64,000 nt of DNA from Fibrobacteria bacterium (GTDB lineage: Bacteria > Fibrobacterota > Fibrobacteria > UBA11236 > JADFYW01), in the NCBI GenBank assembly GCA_050294405.1, contig JBNKOC010000028.1, forward strand, positions 64,001-128,000. Direction: 5' to 3'. The notes under the pieces were generated by a model. The model was not told where the DNA came from. It made no database searches and was given only the letters and a program-made list of their open reading frames with translations. Shown here piece by piece: positions 45,744 to 55,146 of this stretch. The stretch's first letter is position 1. Every line of letters starts with the position of its first letter. The translations under genes and the position numbers were made by a program.

Positions 45744-48259
45744 TGGAAAAATTACATCTGGGCAAAAATAAGGTTTCGGGCCTTGCAAAAGGGACAGCTA
45801 TGTCCGTTTTGTTCTATTTGCTTTTTGGCTTTATTCCAATTATAGCCCAGAAAAATTTTACACTGGACCGAAGTTTGCCCGGCACCAGAATGTTGGGAAT
45901 AACCCTTAAAGACAGTTTATTGGATTTCGATGTATCCAACATGAGCGTAGATGGCTATGAAATCGAAAACGCCATTTATTACCAGGAAAACGAAGGCGTC
46001 ACACTGCTGTTAAAGGAAAACGTAATCGATGCCAGTTACAATGCTGAAATCACCGTGCTGAGTTTTGATAGGGAGCAAGGTTACCTGGAAATTAGTGTTC
46101 CTATGGACTATATCTGGCCCCTAGGTGCTGTAATTGCAGACACCTCCTTTGGAGGCTTTAGCCAGAAAATTCTGAACGCAAGCGAATTGGAATACCTTGG
46201 GGGTTATAAAAAATGGGCCTTGCAAACCGAGCCAGCCGGCTTTTTGGATATTGTGGAGCAATGCGATATTAGCTTCAAGAGCCAACCCAGAATTCAACTT
46301 TTTCCCATGGACTATTTTTGGGAAGGGGCTGTGGTAGGAGAATCAACCCTTCCTGAAGGGCCTCGATGGGTGGAAGGCCATCTTAAAACCCATGCCCGCA
46401 ATGTATCCTTTGTAATGCGGCCTAATCTTGAAGGAAGGTTAAAAATCCAGGATGGCCAAATTTTGCTCAGCGAATACTCATTGACCGGAGCTTTTGAAGC
46501 CAGAGCTTTACTAAGTGTGGAAACCAACAAATACGGGAAATTCAATCATGAGATGGAGCTTCCCCTTAACATCAGGCATGCCTTACCTCTGGATTCCGGG
46601 TTGGTGTTAACTATTTCCGAAAATTTGAAAATGAATTTTAATGTGGAATCTTTCGAACAGGGTTTTCGCAGCGAGTCCGAGTTAAAAATTTTAGGAGAAT
46701 TTCAGCTGGATGTTAATCTGGATGCGACTGGAAATTGGGTAACCAGCAACCATCAGCTAAACATTACTCCTTTAAATCTGGAGTCAGAATTCTCTCCGGA
46801 AAACATTTTTGCACGAGGCAAATTTAATGTTAGTTTAACGCCTAGCCTGGCATCCAGCTGGTTTGGGGAGATGGGCGTTGATTTTAACCCCAGTGCCATT
46901 AGCAGTATGGTTCAGGATAGCTCAGGAACTCAGGGATTGAACCGGCAATTAAACTATGCCCTGGATTTTAAAGCCCGTGGAAATTCCCTTTTAGCTGGAA
47001 AAAACTACGAGAAAACAACTTTTGAAGTGGCCCTTTTGGAGAGGCAAATTCTTTCTCCTCCCACCAGTTTAAACGGTATAGAAACTAGTTTTCTGGCTCA
47101 GGACTCTGCGGTTTTGAGCTGGATACCAGGTTCGGATGCCGGCCGATTTATTGTTCAAAAAAATACGTCCGGAGTTTGGAGTGATGTGGACACGGTTTTT
47201 TCACCAGCATTTTCAGCTGGAGGTTTGTTGCCCAACAGCCCATACCAATTCCGGGTGCTCCCCATGAACCGCTTTGGAATTGGGGCGCCGGTGGAAATGC
47301 ATTTTCGCACCTTGCCTGTAAACAGGCCTCCTCAATTGCCTCATGTGGCCTATCCTGTTTTAAACGACACCATTAGGCAGACTAGTGTGGAACTTAGTTG
47401 GGAATCAAGCGACCCGGATGTAAATGATGTTTTAAAATACACGGTTTACCTGGATACGGCAGCAGACCCCATCACCAAAATCCTGGAAAACAATCCTGAT
47501 AAAACCATCAACTATGCCGACCTGATTCCCGGTAAAAAATATTTTATAAAAATTGTGGTTACGGATGGTATGTATCTGGTTACAAGTCCGGTATGGTCTT
47601 TTTATTCAGCGCCCGTGGAAAAACCCAAAATTATTGAGGCAAAATCCAAAGAATATCCCCATAGCATCCTAATTCCAGAAGGAAAATTTCAACGGGAAGA
47701 TGGCAATGTGGTTCGCATTCACTCCTTTTTCCTCCAAAAATTCGAAGTGATTCAAAAGGACTTTAAACAGTCACAAGGTTTTAACCCCAGTTATTGGAAA
47801 GGCGACTCCCTGCCTGTTGAAAACGTAAACTGGGATCAGGCCATTAAATACTGCCAGGATGTTGGGGGAAGGTTACCCACAGAAGCAGAATGGGAGTATG
47901 CCGCTCGCGGTGGAAGCCGTAGCGAATTTTTCTGGGGCCAAAATAAAATTGAAGATTACGCCTGGTATTATGCTAATTCCGAAAAACGATCCCACAAAGT
48001 AGGGCAAAAAAAGCCAAATGGCTTTGGCCTGTACGATATGAGCGGCAATGTATTCGAATGGGTTATGGACTGGTACGGAGAATATTCTTCTCAGCAGATA
48101 GAAAACCCTGTTGGCATCGTGTCCGGTACCAAAAGAGTTACCCGCGGCGGGAGCTGGTATAGCGATGCCGGAAGTTTAAAATCCTCCAGTCGTTTTATGA
48201 ACAGGCCGGGATTTGCCAGTTTCAAATTGGGTTTTCGTTGCGCCTTTGACGTTGACTAA
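45743..48259 (+). CDS. Exported protein with Fn3 domains and C-terminal FGE-sulfatase (SUMF1) domain
   Basis: LLPNSPYQFRV, SW.SSDPD..D.L.Y.VYL; RLPTEAEWEYAARGG, PNGFGLYDMSGNVFEW, RGGSW, GFRC. Confidence 0.9.
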   Translation: MEKLHLGKNKVSGLAKGTAMSVLFYLLFGFIPIIAQKNFTLDRSLPGTRMLGITLKDSLLDFDVSNMSVDGYEIENAIYYQENEGVTLLLKENVIDASYNAEITVLSFDREQGYLEISVPMDYIWPLGAVIADTSFGGFSQKILNASELEYLGGYKKWALQTEPAGFLDIVEQCDISFKSQPRIQLFPMDYFWEGAVVGESTLPEGPRWVEGHLKTHARNVSFVMRPNLEGRLKIQDGQILLSEYSLTGAFEARALLSVETNKYGKFNHEMELPLNIRHALPLDSGLVLTISENLKMNFNVESFEQGFRSESELKILGEFQLDVNLDATGNWVTSNHQLNITPLNLESEFSPENIFARGKFNVSLTPSLASSWFGEMGVDFNPSAISSMVQDSSGTQGLNRQLNYALDFKARGNSLLAGKNYEKTTFEVALLERQILSPPTSLNGIETSFLAQDSAVLSWIPGSDAGRFIVQKNTSGVWSDVDTVFSPAFSAGGLLPNSPYQFRVLPMNRFGIGAPVEMHFRTLPVNRPPQLPHVAYPVLNDTIRQTSVELSWESSDPDVNDVLKYTVYLDTAADPITKILENNPDKTINYADLIPGKKYFIKIVVTDGMYLVTSPVWSFYSAPVEKPKIIEAKSKEYPHSILIPEGKFQREDGNVVRIHSFFLQKFEVIQKDFKQSQGFNPSYWKGDSLPVENVNWDQAIKYCQDVGGRLPTEAEWEYAARGGSRSEFFWGQNKIEDYAWYYANSEKRSHKVGQKKPNGFGLYDMSGNVFEWVMDWYGEYSSQQIENPVGIVSGTKRVTRGGSWYSDAGSLKSSSRFMNRPGFASFKLGFRCAFDVD

Positions 48260-48270
48260 AAAAGCTGGGC

Positions 48271-48969
48271 TTAGCCTTTTAAATCCACAATTTCTCCCAG
48301 CATTTCATCCTGAGATTTAATGGCGGCCAAATTGGCTTTAAGGCTGGCCTCATTGGCCATTTGTCCGGTTATCTGTTCGGCCAAATCCACATTGGAATTT
48401 TCCAAAGCGCCCTGGCGAACATCAGATGTTGCGGATAAACCGGGCTCTCCGCTATTGCTTGTAGCCTGCAGTAAGCCATCTGGTCCGGTTTTAAGTCCGT
48501 TGGGGTTATTAAATTCCATAACCATAATTTCGCCCACCTGAACCAATTCTCCCTCGCCGCCCTGGGCGAAAATTTTTCCATCGGGCTGGACAACGATGTT
48601 ATTGGAATAAGAAAGCTCGCCTTCCGCACCAGATACATAGTGCCCTTGCCCGTCGGTGAGCCTCCCATCTGCGTCAATTTGCATGTTGAGGCTGCGTGAG
48701 TAAAATTTTTCCCCTTCGCTATTTTCCAACTGGATAAAACCCGGGCCATTGACACTAACATCAAGAGGGTTATTAGTTATGCTCAAAGAGCCCTGGCGAA
48801 AATCCGATGAAATGGATTTAACTTGAGGCCCCGAAATACCTTCGGAAGATTCAGCCCTCTTTTGCTTGTACCCTTTGGTGTTTACATTGGATATGTTATT
48901 GGCACGAACATCGCTGTTCAGCAAACTGGCGTTTACGCCGTTTAACGAGGTGGAAAATCCTATGCCCAT
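48271..48969 (-). CDS. Flagellar hook/basal-body rod family protein (FlgE/F/G-like)
   Basis: ANNISNVNTKGYK, QGSL..TNNPLDV...GPGF, F.NP.GL, QGALENSNVDL. Confidence 0.9.
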   Translation of the reverse strand: MGIGFSTSLNGVNASLLNSDVRANNISNVNTKGYKQKRAESSEGISGPQVKSISSDFRQGSLSITNNPLDVSVNGPGFIQLENSEGEKFYSRSLNMQIDADGRLTDGQGHYVSGAEGELSYSNNIVVQPDGKIFAQGGEGELVQVGEIMVMEFNNPNGLKTGPDGLLQATSNSGEPGLSATSDVRQGALENSNVDLAEQITGQMANEASLKANLAAIKSQDEMLGEIVDLKG

Positions 48970-49061
48970 GAGCTGTCCTTACCTTCTATACTACCATCAA
49001 TTTTGCAAAAGGGCAAATAGCTGGGCTGTCTCCCATGTATTAGCCCAAACAACACCAAAAA

Positions 49062-50135
49062 CTAAAGGGCTTCTTTGATTATTTCGAACACAATTTGCGG
49101 ATTGCACAAAGCCGGGCTCATTTCCATGGCCTTGATTTGCTCCTCTTTATTCTGAAAGGCTATTTTGATGGTCTCTAATAGGGCCTCGGGGGTGATCTTC
49201 TCTTCTTCCATAACCCGGCTAAAACCTTTGCTTTCAAATTCAGCCGCATTTTGGATTTGGTCTCCCCGACTGGCTTTAAGCCCCAAAGGAATTAGCAAAT
49301 GGGGAATTTTTAGGGCCAATAGTTCAAAAAGGGCGTTAGCTCCGGCTCTGGATATTGCAAAATCTGTGATTTTAAAAAAGTGGGGAAGTTCATCAGAAAC
49401 ATATTCAAACTGCAGGTAGCCCTCTTTTTTTAAATTTGGGTTTATCTGGCCTTTGCCACATACATGGATGATTTGAAAATTTTCGAGTAGCCCGTCCACA
49501 ATGCTAAAAATAGCCTTGTTAATGGCCTGGGCTCCTGAACTTCCACCCATAATCAAAAGCACGGGTTTTCCTTGCACGAACCCGGTAATTTGAAACCCTT
49601 TTTCCCTATTTCCAGATAAAACTTCTTGCCGGACAGGAATACCAGTAACATGGCATTTCTTCTGAGGCAAAAAACTTTTGGTTTTTTCAAAAGCCAGGCA
49701 ATATTCTGAAATAAAGGGGCCGGCAATTTTGTTAGCCAGTCCTGGGGTGATATCCGCTTCGTGGGCAATTACCTTAACCCGCCACACAAAAGCAGCAGCC
49801 ACCACGGGCACACTAACAAAGCCCCCTTTGGAAAAAACAATGTTAGGCCTTAGTTTTCCAAATAAAAAAAGGCATTGCAAAAAGCCCAGGAATACTCTGA
49901 AAATATCCCAGAAATTTTGCCAGTCAAAATAACGCCTTAATTTTCCCGTAAAAATAGGGTAATAGGGAATGTTGTCTGGAACTATTTTTCTTTCGATTCC
50001 GTACTTGGATCCCACATAAAATACATTCCAATTTTCTTTGGAAAAATGGGGAAGCAGGGCTATGTTAACCATAACATGGCCTGCTGTTCCGCCGCCGGTT
50101 AGCAGTATTCTTTTAGGAAGAGGATTTTTTTTCAA
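49062..50135 (-). CDS. murG: Lipid II GlcNAc transferase
   Basis: TGGGTAGHV, GKLRRY, FSKGGFVSVP, HEAD..PGLAN, GGSSGA, SRAGAN, DQIQNA. Confidence 0.97.
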   Translation of the reverse strand: MKKNPLPKRILLTGGGTAGHVMVNIALLPHFSKENWNVFYVGSKYGIERKIVPDNIPYYPIFTGKLRRYFDWQNFWDIFRVFLGFLQCLFLFGKLRPNIVFSKGGFVSVPVVAAAFVWRVKVIAHEADITPGLANKIAGPFISEYCLAFEKTKSFLPQKKCHVTGIPVRQEVLSGNREKGFQITGFVQGKPVLLIMGGSSGAQAINKAIFSIVDGLLENFQIIHVCGKGQINPNLKKEGYLQFEYVSDELPHFFKITDFAISRAGANALFELLALKIPHLLIPLGLKASRGDQIQNAAEFESKGFSRVMEEEKITPEALLETIKIAFQNKEEQIKAMEMSPALCNPQIVFEIIKEAL

Positions 50136-50964
50136 GGTAGTGGTGGATTATAAAATCTTTGAATTTTTCGGGTAATATGTTATTGAGAAAAAATAATTTT
50201 TTAGCCTGGGGGCCGGCGAATATTCGAATGGGAAAACTCATGGAAAGAGTCACCTTTAAAATGAGCTGGGCGACTTCTTTTGCTTGGTAGCTTTTGGGAT
50301 TATTATCCTGGCTGTGATCCAAAAAGGGCGCCATTTTGCGTTTGTAATAAGAGGGTTCGTCCTGGCTGGGCGAGAGGCGTTGGTGAAATTCCGAAACCAC
50401 CCAACCCGGTTCTATTACATGGACCCGAATTCCCAGGGGTTTTAATTCTCTGGCAAAAGAGCGGGTAAAAGCGCTAAGGCCTGCTTTGGAGGCGGAATAG
50501 TGGGCCTTAAAGGGAAACTGTATGTCCGAAACAATGGAGCCCAGGTTAATTATTAGTCCAGCTTTATTTTGGCGGAACTTTTGTGCGGCTAATTTGCAGA
50601 TAAAAACCGGGGCCATAAAATTTATTTCCATCATGTGACGCAGCCAGTCCATAGGGGTGCCCTCCACAGATGCCACTTCGCCCATCCCCGCATTATTTAT
50701 CACCAAGTCAAAGTCATTTTCTTCGAAGATTTTTTGGATTTCATTTTGGTAGTTTTCGGCTTTAGAAAAATTAAGCTCCAGTAATTTTCCCTTCTGGGGA
50801 GAAACAAAACCCTCCCAGTTTTTTTCACCGCGGGGCAAATTGGTGGTGGTTCCCAGCACAAAATACCCGTTTTTGGACAACAATTTTGCGGTTTCCAGGC
50901 CAATTCCAGAGCTGGCACCTGTAATAAAGGCTTTTTTTAAATTTTGAGCTTGTTGGTTTTTCAT
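50113..50964 (-). CDS. Short-chain dehydrogenase/reductase
   Basis: ITGASSGIG, NNAG, YSASK. Confidence 0.95.
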   Translation of the reverse strand: MKNQQAQNLKKAFITGASSGIGLETAKLLSKNGYFVLGTTTNLPRGEKNWEGFVSPQKGKLLELNFSKAENYQNEIQKIFEENDFDLVINNAGMGEVASVEGTPMDWLRHMMEINFMAPVFICKLAAQKFRQNKAGLIINLGSIVSDIQFPFKAHYSASKAGLSAFTRSFARELKPLGIRVHVIEPGWVVSEFHQRLSPSQDEPSYYKRKMAPFLDHSQDNNPKSYQAKEVAQLILKVTLSMSFPIRIFAGPQAKKLFFLNNILPEKFKDFIIHHYLEKKSSS

Positions 50965-51077
50965 AAAAAGACTTTTTGCCTTATGAGAATTTTATAAAAT
51001 AATAGAATAAGACCCCAGAAAAAATACCGGGGTTAAGTTAAATCGAAAATGCTAACTTTGATTTAAGTTGAAGGTAT

Positions 51078-52319
51078 ATGTACAGCTATTTTATTGAAGC
51101 CAGAAATCTCTTTAACCAGAACAAATATCAGGAGTCCTTAAAAGTTCTGGAAGAGGGGTTAAATATTGAGCCGCAAAACACATCGCTTTTGGGATTTAAG
51201 GCTTTGTGTAAATTTAAAATGCGCATGTATAGCGAGGCTGAGCTGCTTATTAAGGAAACCCTTAAAATCGATCCCAATAACGATTTTGCTTACTATGTAT
51301 GGGGTAGCATGGAAATGGAGCTTGACCGTTTTCCAGTGGCTAAGGAAAAAATCAACAGCGCCATCGATATTAATCCTTTGAACTCCGAATATTACGGGGT
51401 TTTAGCCCTGATTATGTATAACAACCACGAGAATTTGGAGGAGATTCGGAAAGTCACCCGCATGGGGCTTAATTTTGATCCGGAAAACAATGTTTGCCAA
51501 AATGTTTTGGCCATGGCCGAAATGCGGGCAGGCAAAAGAAAGCTGGCTGCTAACATCCTGGATATACATTTGGAAAAAGATCCGGAAAACGCTCTTTCTT
51601 TGGCCAACCAAGGTTGGAACTATTTGCACCTTCGGGATTTTGATAAGTCCAAAAGCTATTTCACTAAGGCCTTAAAGTTGGACCCTTCCAACAATTGGGC
51701 TCTTTATGGCTTGCTCACCGCTACCAAAACAAAAATTCCTTTATATAAGTATTGGTTATCTTTCTTTTTGAAATTTGCCAATTGGCCTCCGGAAAAAAGG
51801 CTAAAAATATTTTTTGGAAGCCTTTTGGTTTTAGGACTGGGAAGTTTTGTTCCAGGCATACCGGGGCTTGTTTTTTCCGTGGCCTTTGCAATATATGCTT
51901 TAAGCATATACATCATATGGAGTCTTGGCGCAGGACTTAATTTGGGCCTTGGATTTTTTAGTTATTCCGGGCGTTTTTTAAAAAAATCCGACAAATTACA
52001 ATACGCTGTGACCACTTTGTTTTCGGCTACGACGCTTGGGTTTTTAGCCAGTTACCTCGCTTTTGGGCAAAGCTGGCTGGGTTACAGCGCCCTGGTCTCT
52101 TTTATTTTGTCACTACCTGCTTCGGTGGTGGTGCAGGAAAACCACCGTTTGCCCAAATGGTTGGCGGCCAGTTTTGTAGCTGTAATGGGAATTCTGGGTG
52201 TTAGCGTATGTTATTTGGCTTTTTTACAAAAAGACGTATCAAAGGGAATGCAGATTTTTACCCTAGCTGCATTGGGGTTTAGCCTTTCAACTTTTATTTG
52301 GAAAAAGAAGAAGCGCTAA
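51078..52319 (+). CDS. TPR-repeat protein with C-terminal multi-pass membrane domain
   Basis: About six TPR units (L...P.N pattern) followed by about six hydrophobic helices. Confidence 0.85.
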   Translation: MYSYFIEARNLFNQNKYQESLKVLEEGLNIEPQNTSLLGFKALCKFKMRMYSEAELLIKETLKIDPNNDFAYYVWGSMEMELDRFPVAKEKINSAIDINPLNSEYYGVLALIMYNNHENLEEIRKVTRMGLNFDPENNVCQNVLAMAEMRAGKRKLAANILDIHLEKDPENALSLANQGWNYLHLRDFDKSKSYFTKALKLDPSNNWALYGLLTATKTKIPLYKYWLSFFLKFANWPPEKRLKIFFGSLLVLGLGSFVPGIPGLVFSVAFAIYALSIYIIWSLGAGLNLGLGFFSYSGRFLKKSDKLQYAVTTLFSATTLGFLASYLAFGQSWLGYSALVSFILSLPASVVVQENHRLPKWLAASFVAVMGILGVSVCYLAFLQKDVSKGMQIFTLAALGFSLSTFIWKKKKR

Positions 52320-53265
52320 CCAAGCCAAAGGCGATTCCCTTTTCCACATAGGCCGATTCGCCAATAAAAATAGGGCATATTTTTTCTCCGGCCACAATTT
52401 TTTCTATTAGGGATGAAGGGAACAAAGGGCCTGCTTCCAGAAAAAATTCTTTTCCCTGGGAGTCGATGAATATGGCTTGTCCCAGCTTTAAGGGCGAATA
52501 ATCCTTGTGCAAAAAATCGGGATGTATATAGGCAATGGGAACCCCCTTGGAATCTCGCGGGTAGTCTACGGTTTGCTTTTCGAAGATATATATTGGTGAC
52601 TCCTTAAAATTTAATTGCGAGGCCTCTTTCCCATTTAATTCACTAACGGATTGTATAATGTGCTTGATATTAATGAGGGCTTCTAAAATTTTGGGATGCT
52701 TGGCCACTCCTTGTTCGATGGGCCCCATTTCCAAAGTTACATGATTTAAGGCTAGAGCGCTAGAAGTGAGTTCCTCTTTACGCTCGACTTTTTCATAAAT
52801 TAAATAGCTGTTGGGAATTCGCTCTAACATCTTTTGAGCCAGGGCTTGTGTCCAGGGATCGCTGTCGGTAACAATCAGGCAATTGCCCATATTAGCCGTG
52901 GTTGTATGCAAATCTATAACAAAATCAACAGGTTTTTCCAGAGCCCCAATTTCTTTGCGGATTTCAAAAGCCCGGTTAATTTCATATACATTGCTCTTGG
53001 CAGATTGGGGAGGTCTTTCGTAATCGTATTGATAGCTTCGGTTTAAATCTTTTTCCACATAGCGGGTGTTTTTCAAAATAGCCCGGGAATTGGCAAAAAT
53101 GGGATGGATATTTTCAATGTCTCCCATTTTAAATTCATCCAAATGGCTATTTATGTATTGCAATGCATGAAGACCGGTGCGCTCGTTGCCATGAGTGCCT
53201 CCCAAAATGTGGATTTGGGTTATGTTGCGGCTATCAGTATATTGGCCTCTTTTCGGCAGAATCAT
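52294..53265 (-). CDS. Aspartoacylase (AstE/AspA family, M14-like)
   Basis: GGTHGNE, RYVEKDLNR, DLHTTTANMG, EMGP..QG, VDYPR, PIFIGESAYVEK. Confidence 0.92.
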   Translation of the reverse strand: MILPKRGQYTDSRNITQIHILGGTHGNERTGLHALQYINSHLDEFKMGDIENIHPIFANSRAILKNTRYVEKDLNRSYQYDYERPPQSAKSNVYEINRAFEIRKEIGALEKPVDFVIDLHTTTANMGNCLIVTDSDPWTQALAQKMLERIPNSYLIYEKVERKEELTSSALALNHVTLEMGPIEQGVAKHPKILEALINIKHIIQSVSELNGKEASQLNFKESPIYIFEKQTVDYPRDSKGVPIAYIHPDFLHKDYSPLKLGQAIFIDSQGKEFFLEAGPLFPSSLIEKIVAGEKICPIFIGESAYVEKGIAFGLVSASSFSK

Positions 53266-53268
53266 GAT

Positions 53269-55035
53269 TTACCTCGGCTTACCTGCCACATTGTCGTAGG
53301 CTTGGATAATATCTTGATATTTTAGCATTCCCAAAACCTGCTGGTTTTCATCTACTACAGGAAGCTCAATTTGGTTGCTGCGCAAAAAAATCTGTGAGGC
53401 CTGATGCAAGTCCAGTTCCGGGGCCAATGTATAAAGAGGGGTCATCATATCTTCAACAATAACCAAATTGTAGGTAGATGTTTGTAAAACCACTTTGCGC
53501 AGCTGATTCATGCCTAAAAGACCCACCAACTTTTCTTCCTGGCTCAAAACGGGGAATACATCAACCTCTGTTTCTTCCAGAAACTTTTTAATGTCATATA
53601 TGCTGTCGTTAATATGTACAAATTCAATTTTGGATTCGGGATCCAGAATGGAAGAAACCGCAATGGATTGCAAAACATCGGTGTTTAAATCCTCTTTGTG
53701 CACAGGAGATTCAAATTTGTTTAACAGCTGGTTTTTATATATGCTCCATTTCCTGGATAGGGTAAGATGTATAATACTGGCAAACATAAGGGGCGCTAAT
53801 AGCTTATAGTTTCCGGTTATCTCACATACCATAATAATAGAAGCAATGGGGGCGTTGGCAATACCGGCGAAAAAGGCGCCCATGCCCACCAATACATAAG
53901 CTGAGGGGTTGGTAATAGCCTCTGGAAAAATAGCTTCCATGCCATAGCCATAGGCCGCACCCAGCATTCCTCCAATAAATAAGGAAGGCCCAAAAACCCC
54001 ACCTGAACCTCCAGAGCCAACAGTAAGTGAGGTAGTTACAATTTTAAATCCGGCAATCATGATTAAAACGGAAATGGCGAATTCTCCATTAATGGCGGAT
54101 TCCAGATGCATCCAACCACCGCCAATGGCCTGAGGGCAAATGTAAGCGATTAATCCCACTCCAAGGCCACCAATGGCTGGTTTAAAATGGGGTTTGATGT
54201 TTAATTTTTTAAAGTGGTTTACACAGAAGTAAAAGACTTCCACAAAAATTTTGGAAACAGGCGCGCATACCACACCTAAAATCCCGAATAAAATGAGCTC
54301 TGAAGGATTGGTAAAAGCCATTTCAGGAATTTTAAAAATGGCCCCGGCAGCATGGGTTATTTGGGTAAAGGTGGCGTAGGCAACTACAGAAGCTACAATA
54401 CAAGGCAAAAAACCTTCGGATTCAAAATCTTCTTTATAAATAACTTCTACCGAAGTAAGCGCTCCTCCCAACGGGGCTCTGAAGATGGCTCCCAGGCCAG
54501 CGGCTGTGCCGGATAACAAAAGCAAGCGTCTCATTTTGAGAGGAATTCTGGCAGCTCTGGATAAAATAGAGCCAATTCCCGCTCCAATTTGAGCCGTGGG
54601 GCCTTCGTACCCTGCGCTCCCACCTGTGGCAATAGTCAAAATGGAAGTGATAGCTTTAACAAAGGGCACCCGCGTGCGCACTTTTCCACCTTTGTTGTGG
54701 AAATTATCTATCATGGCATCGGTGCCATGGCCTTCTGTTTCGGGGGCGAGGCTGTATACTAACAACCCGGATAATAGCCCTCCCACTGTGGGCACCAAAA
54801 AAAACAGCCAGGGGCTGGCCCAATGGTTTTTAATATCCTCTAAGCTGGATAAGCCACCCACAATATGGTTCTTGGCCCAATCCAGCCCATGGTGAAATCC
54901 CACGGCGCATATTCCTCCGAATATACCTACTCCAATGGCCAATAGAAGCAATTGACCAGAACTGCGAATGTAGGTGCTCCTATCCCAATTGCGGAAAAAA
55001 ACCTGGAATTGCGTTATTATGGTGGGGTTTTTCAT
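53269..55035 (-). CDS. ClC chloride channel/transporter with CBS domains
   Basis: EGHGTD, GGSAGYEGP, FRAPLGG, SGGSGGVFGP, SIY, C-terminal CBS pair. Confidence 0.95.
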   Translation of the reverse strand: MKNPTIITQFQVFFRNWDRSTYIRSSGQLLLLAIGVGIFGGICAVGFHHGLDWAKNHIVGGLSSLEDIKNHWASPWLFFLVPTVGGLLSGLLVYSLAPETEGHGTDAMIDNFHNKGGKVRTRVPFVKAITSILTIATGGSAGYEGPTAQIGAGIGSILSRAARIPLKMRRLLLLSGTAAGLGAIFRAPLGGALTSVEVIYKEDFESEGFLPCIVASVVAYATFTQITHAAGAIFKIPEMAFTNPSELILFGILGVVCAPVSKIFVEVFYFCVNHFKKLNIKPHFKPAIGGLGVGLIAYICPQAIGGGWMHLESAINGEFAISVLIMIAGFKIVTTSLTVGSGGSGGVFGPSLFIGGMLGAAYGYGMEAIFPEAITNPSAYVLVGMGAFFAGIANAPIASIIMVCEITGNYKLLAPLMFASIIHLTLSRKWSIYKNQLLNKFESPVHKEDLNTDVLQSIAVSSILDPESKIEFVHINDSIYDIKKFLEETEVDVFPVLSQEEKLVGLLGMNQLRKVVLQTSTYNLVIVEDMMTPLYTLAPELDLHQASQIFLRSNQIELPVVDENQQVLGMLKYQDIIQAYDNVAGKPR

Positions 55036-55146
55036 TAAAAATCTATAACCTGAGCTGCAAAAGTTAATAAAATCCCACTTGTATTGGATTAAACCTTTAA
55101 ATGATGGGGAAAAAATCTATAACTAGGAAAAACATTTGGAGTATTT

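Noticed and set aside
45743..48259. DGR target (FGE-type C-lectin fold at the C-terminus)
   Set aside because: No reverse transcriptase and no template repeat copy of the 3' end seen in this window
53269..55035. Fluoride-specific CLC-F or novel selectivity from GHGTD replacing GSGIP
   Set aside because: CLC-F signatures (GNNLI/GMGLI, GREGT) are absent; GHG-type motifs are common in CBS-containing prokaryotic ClCs
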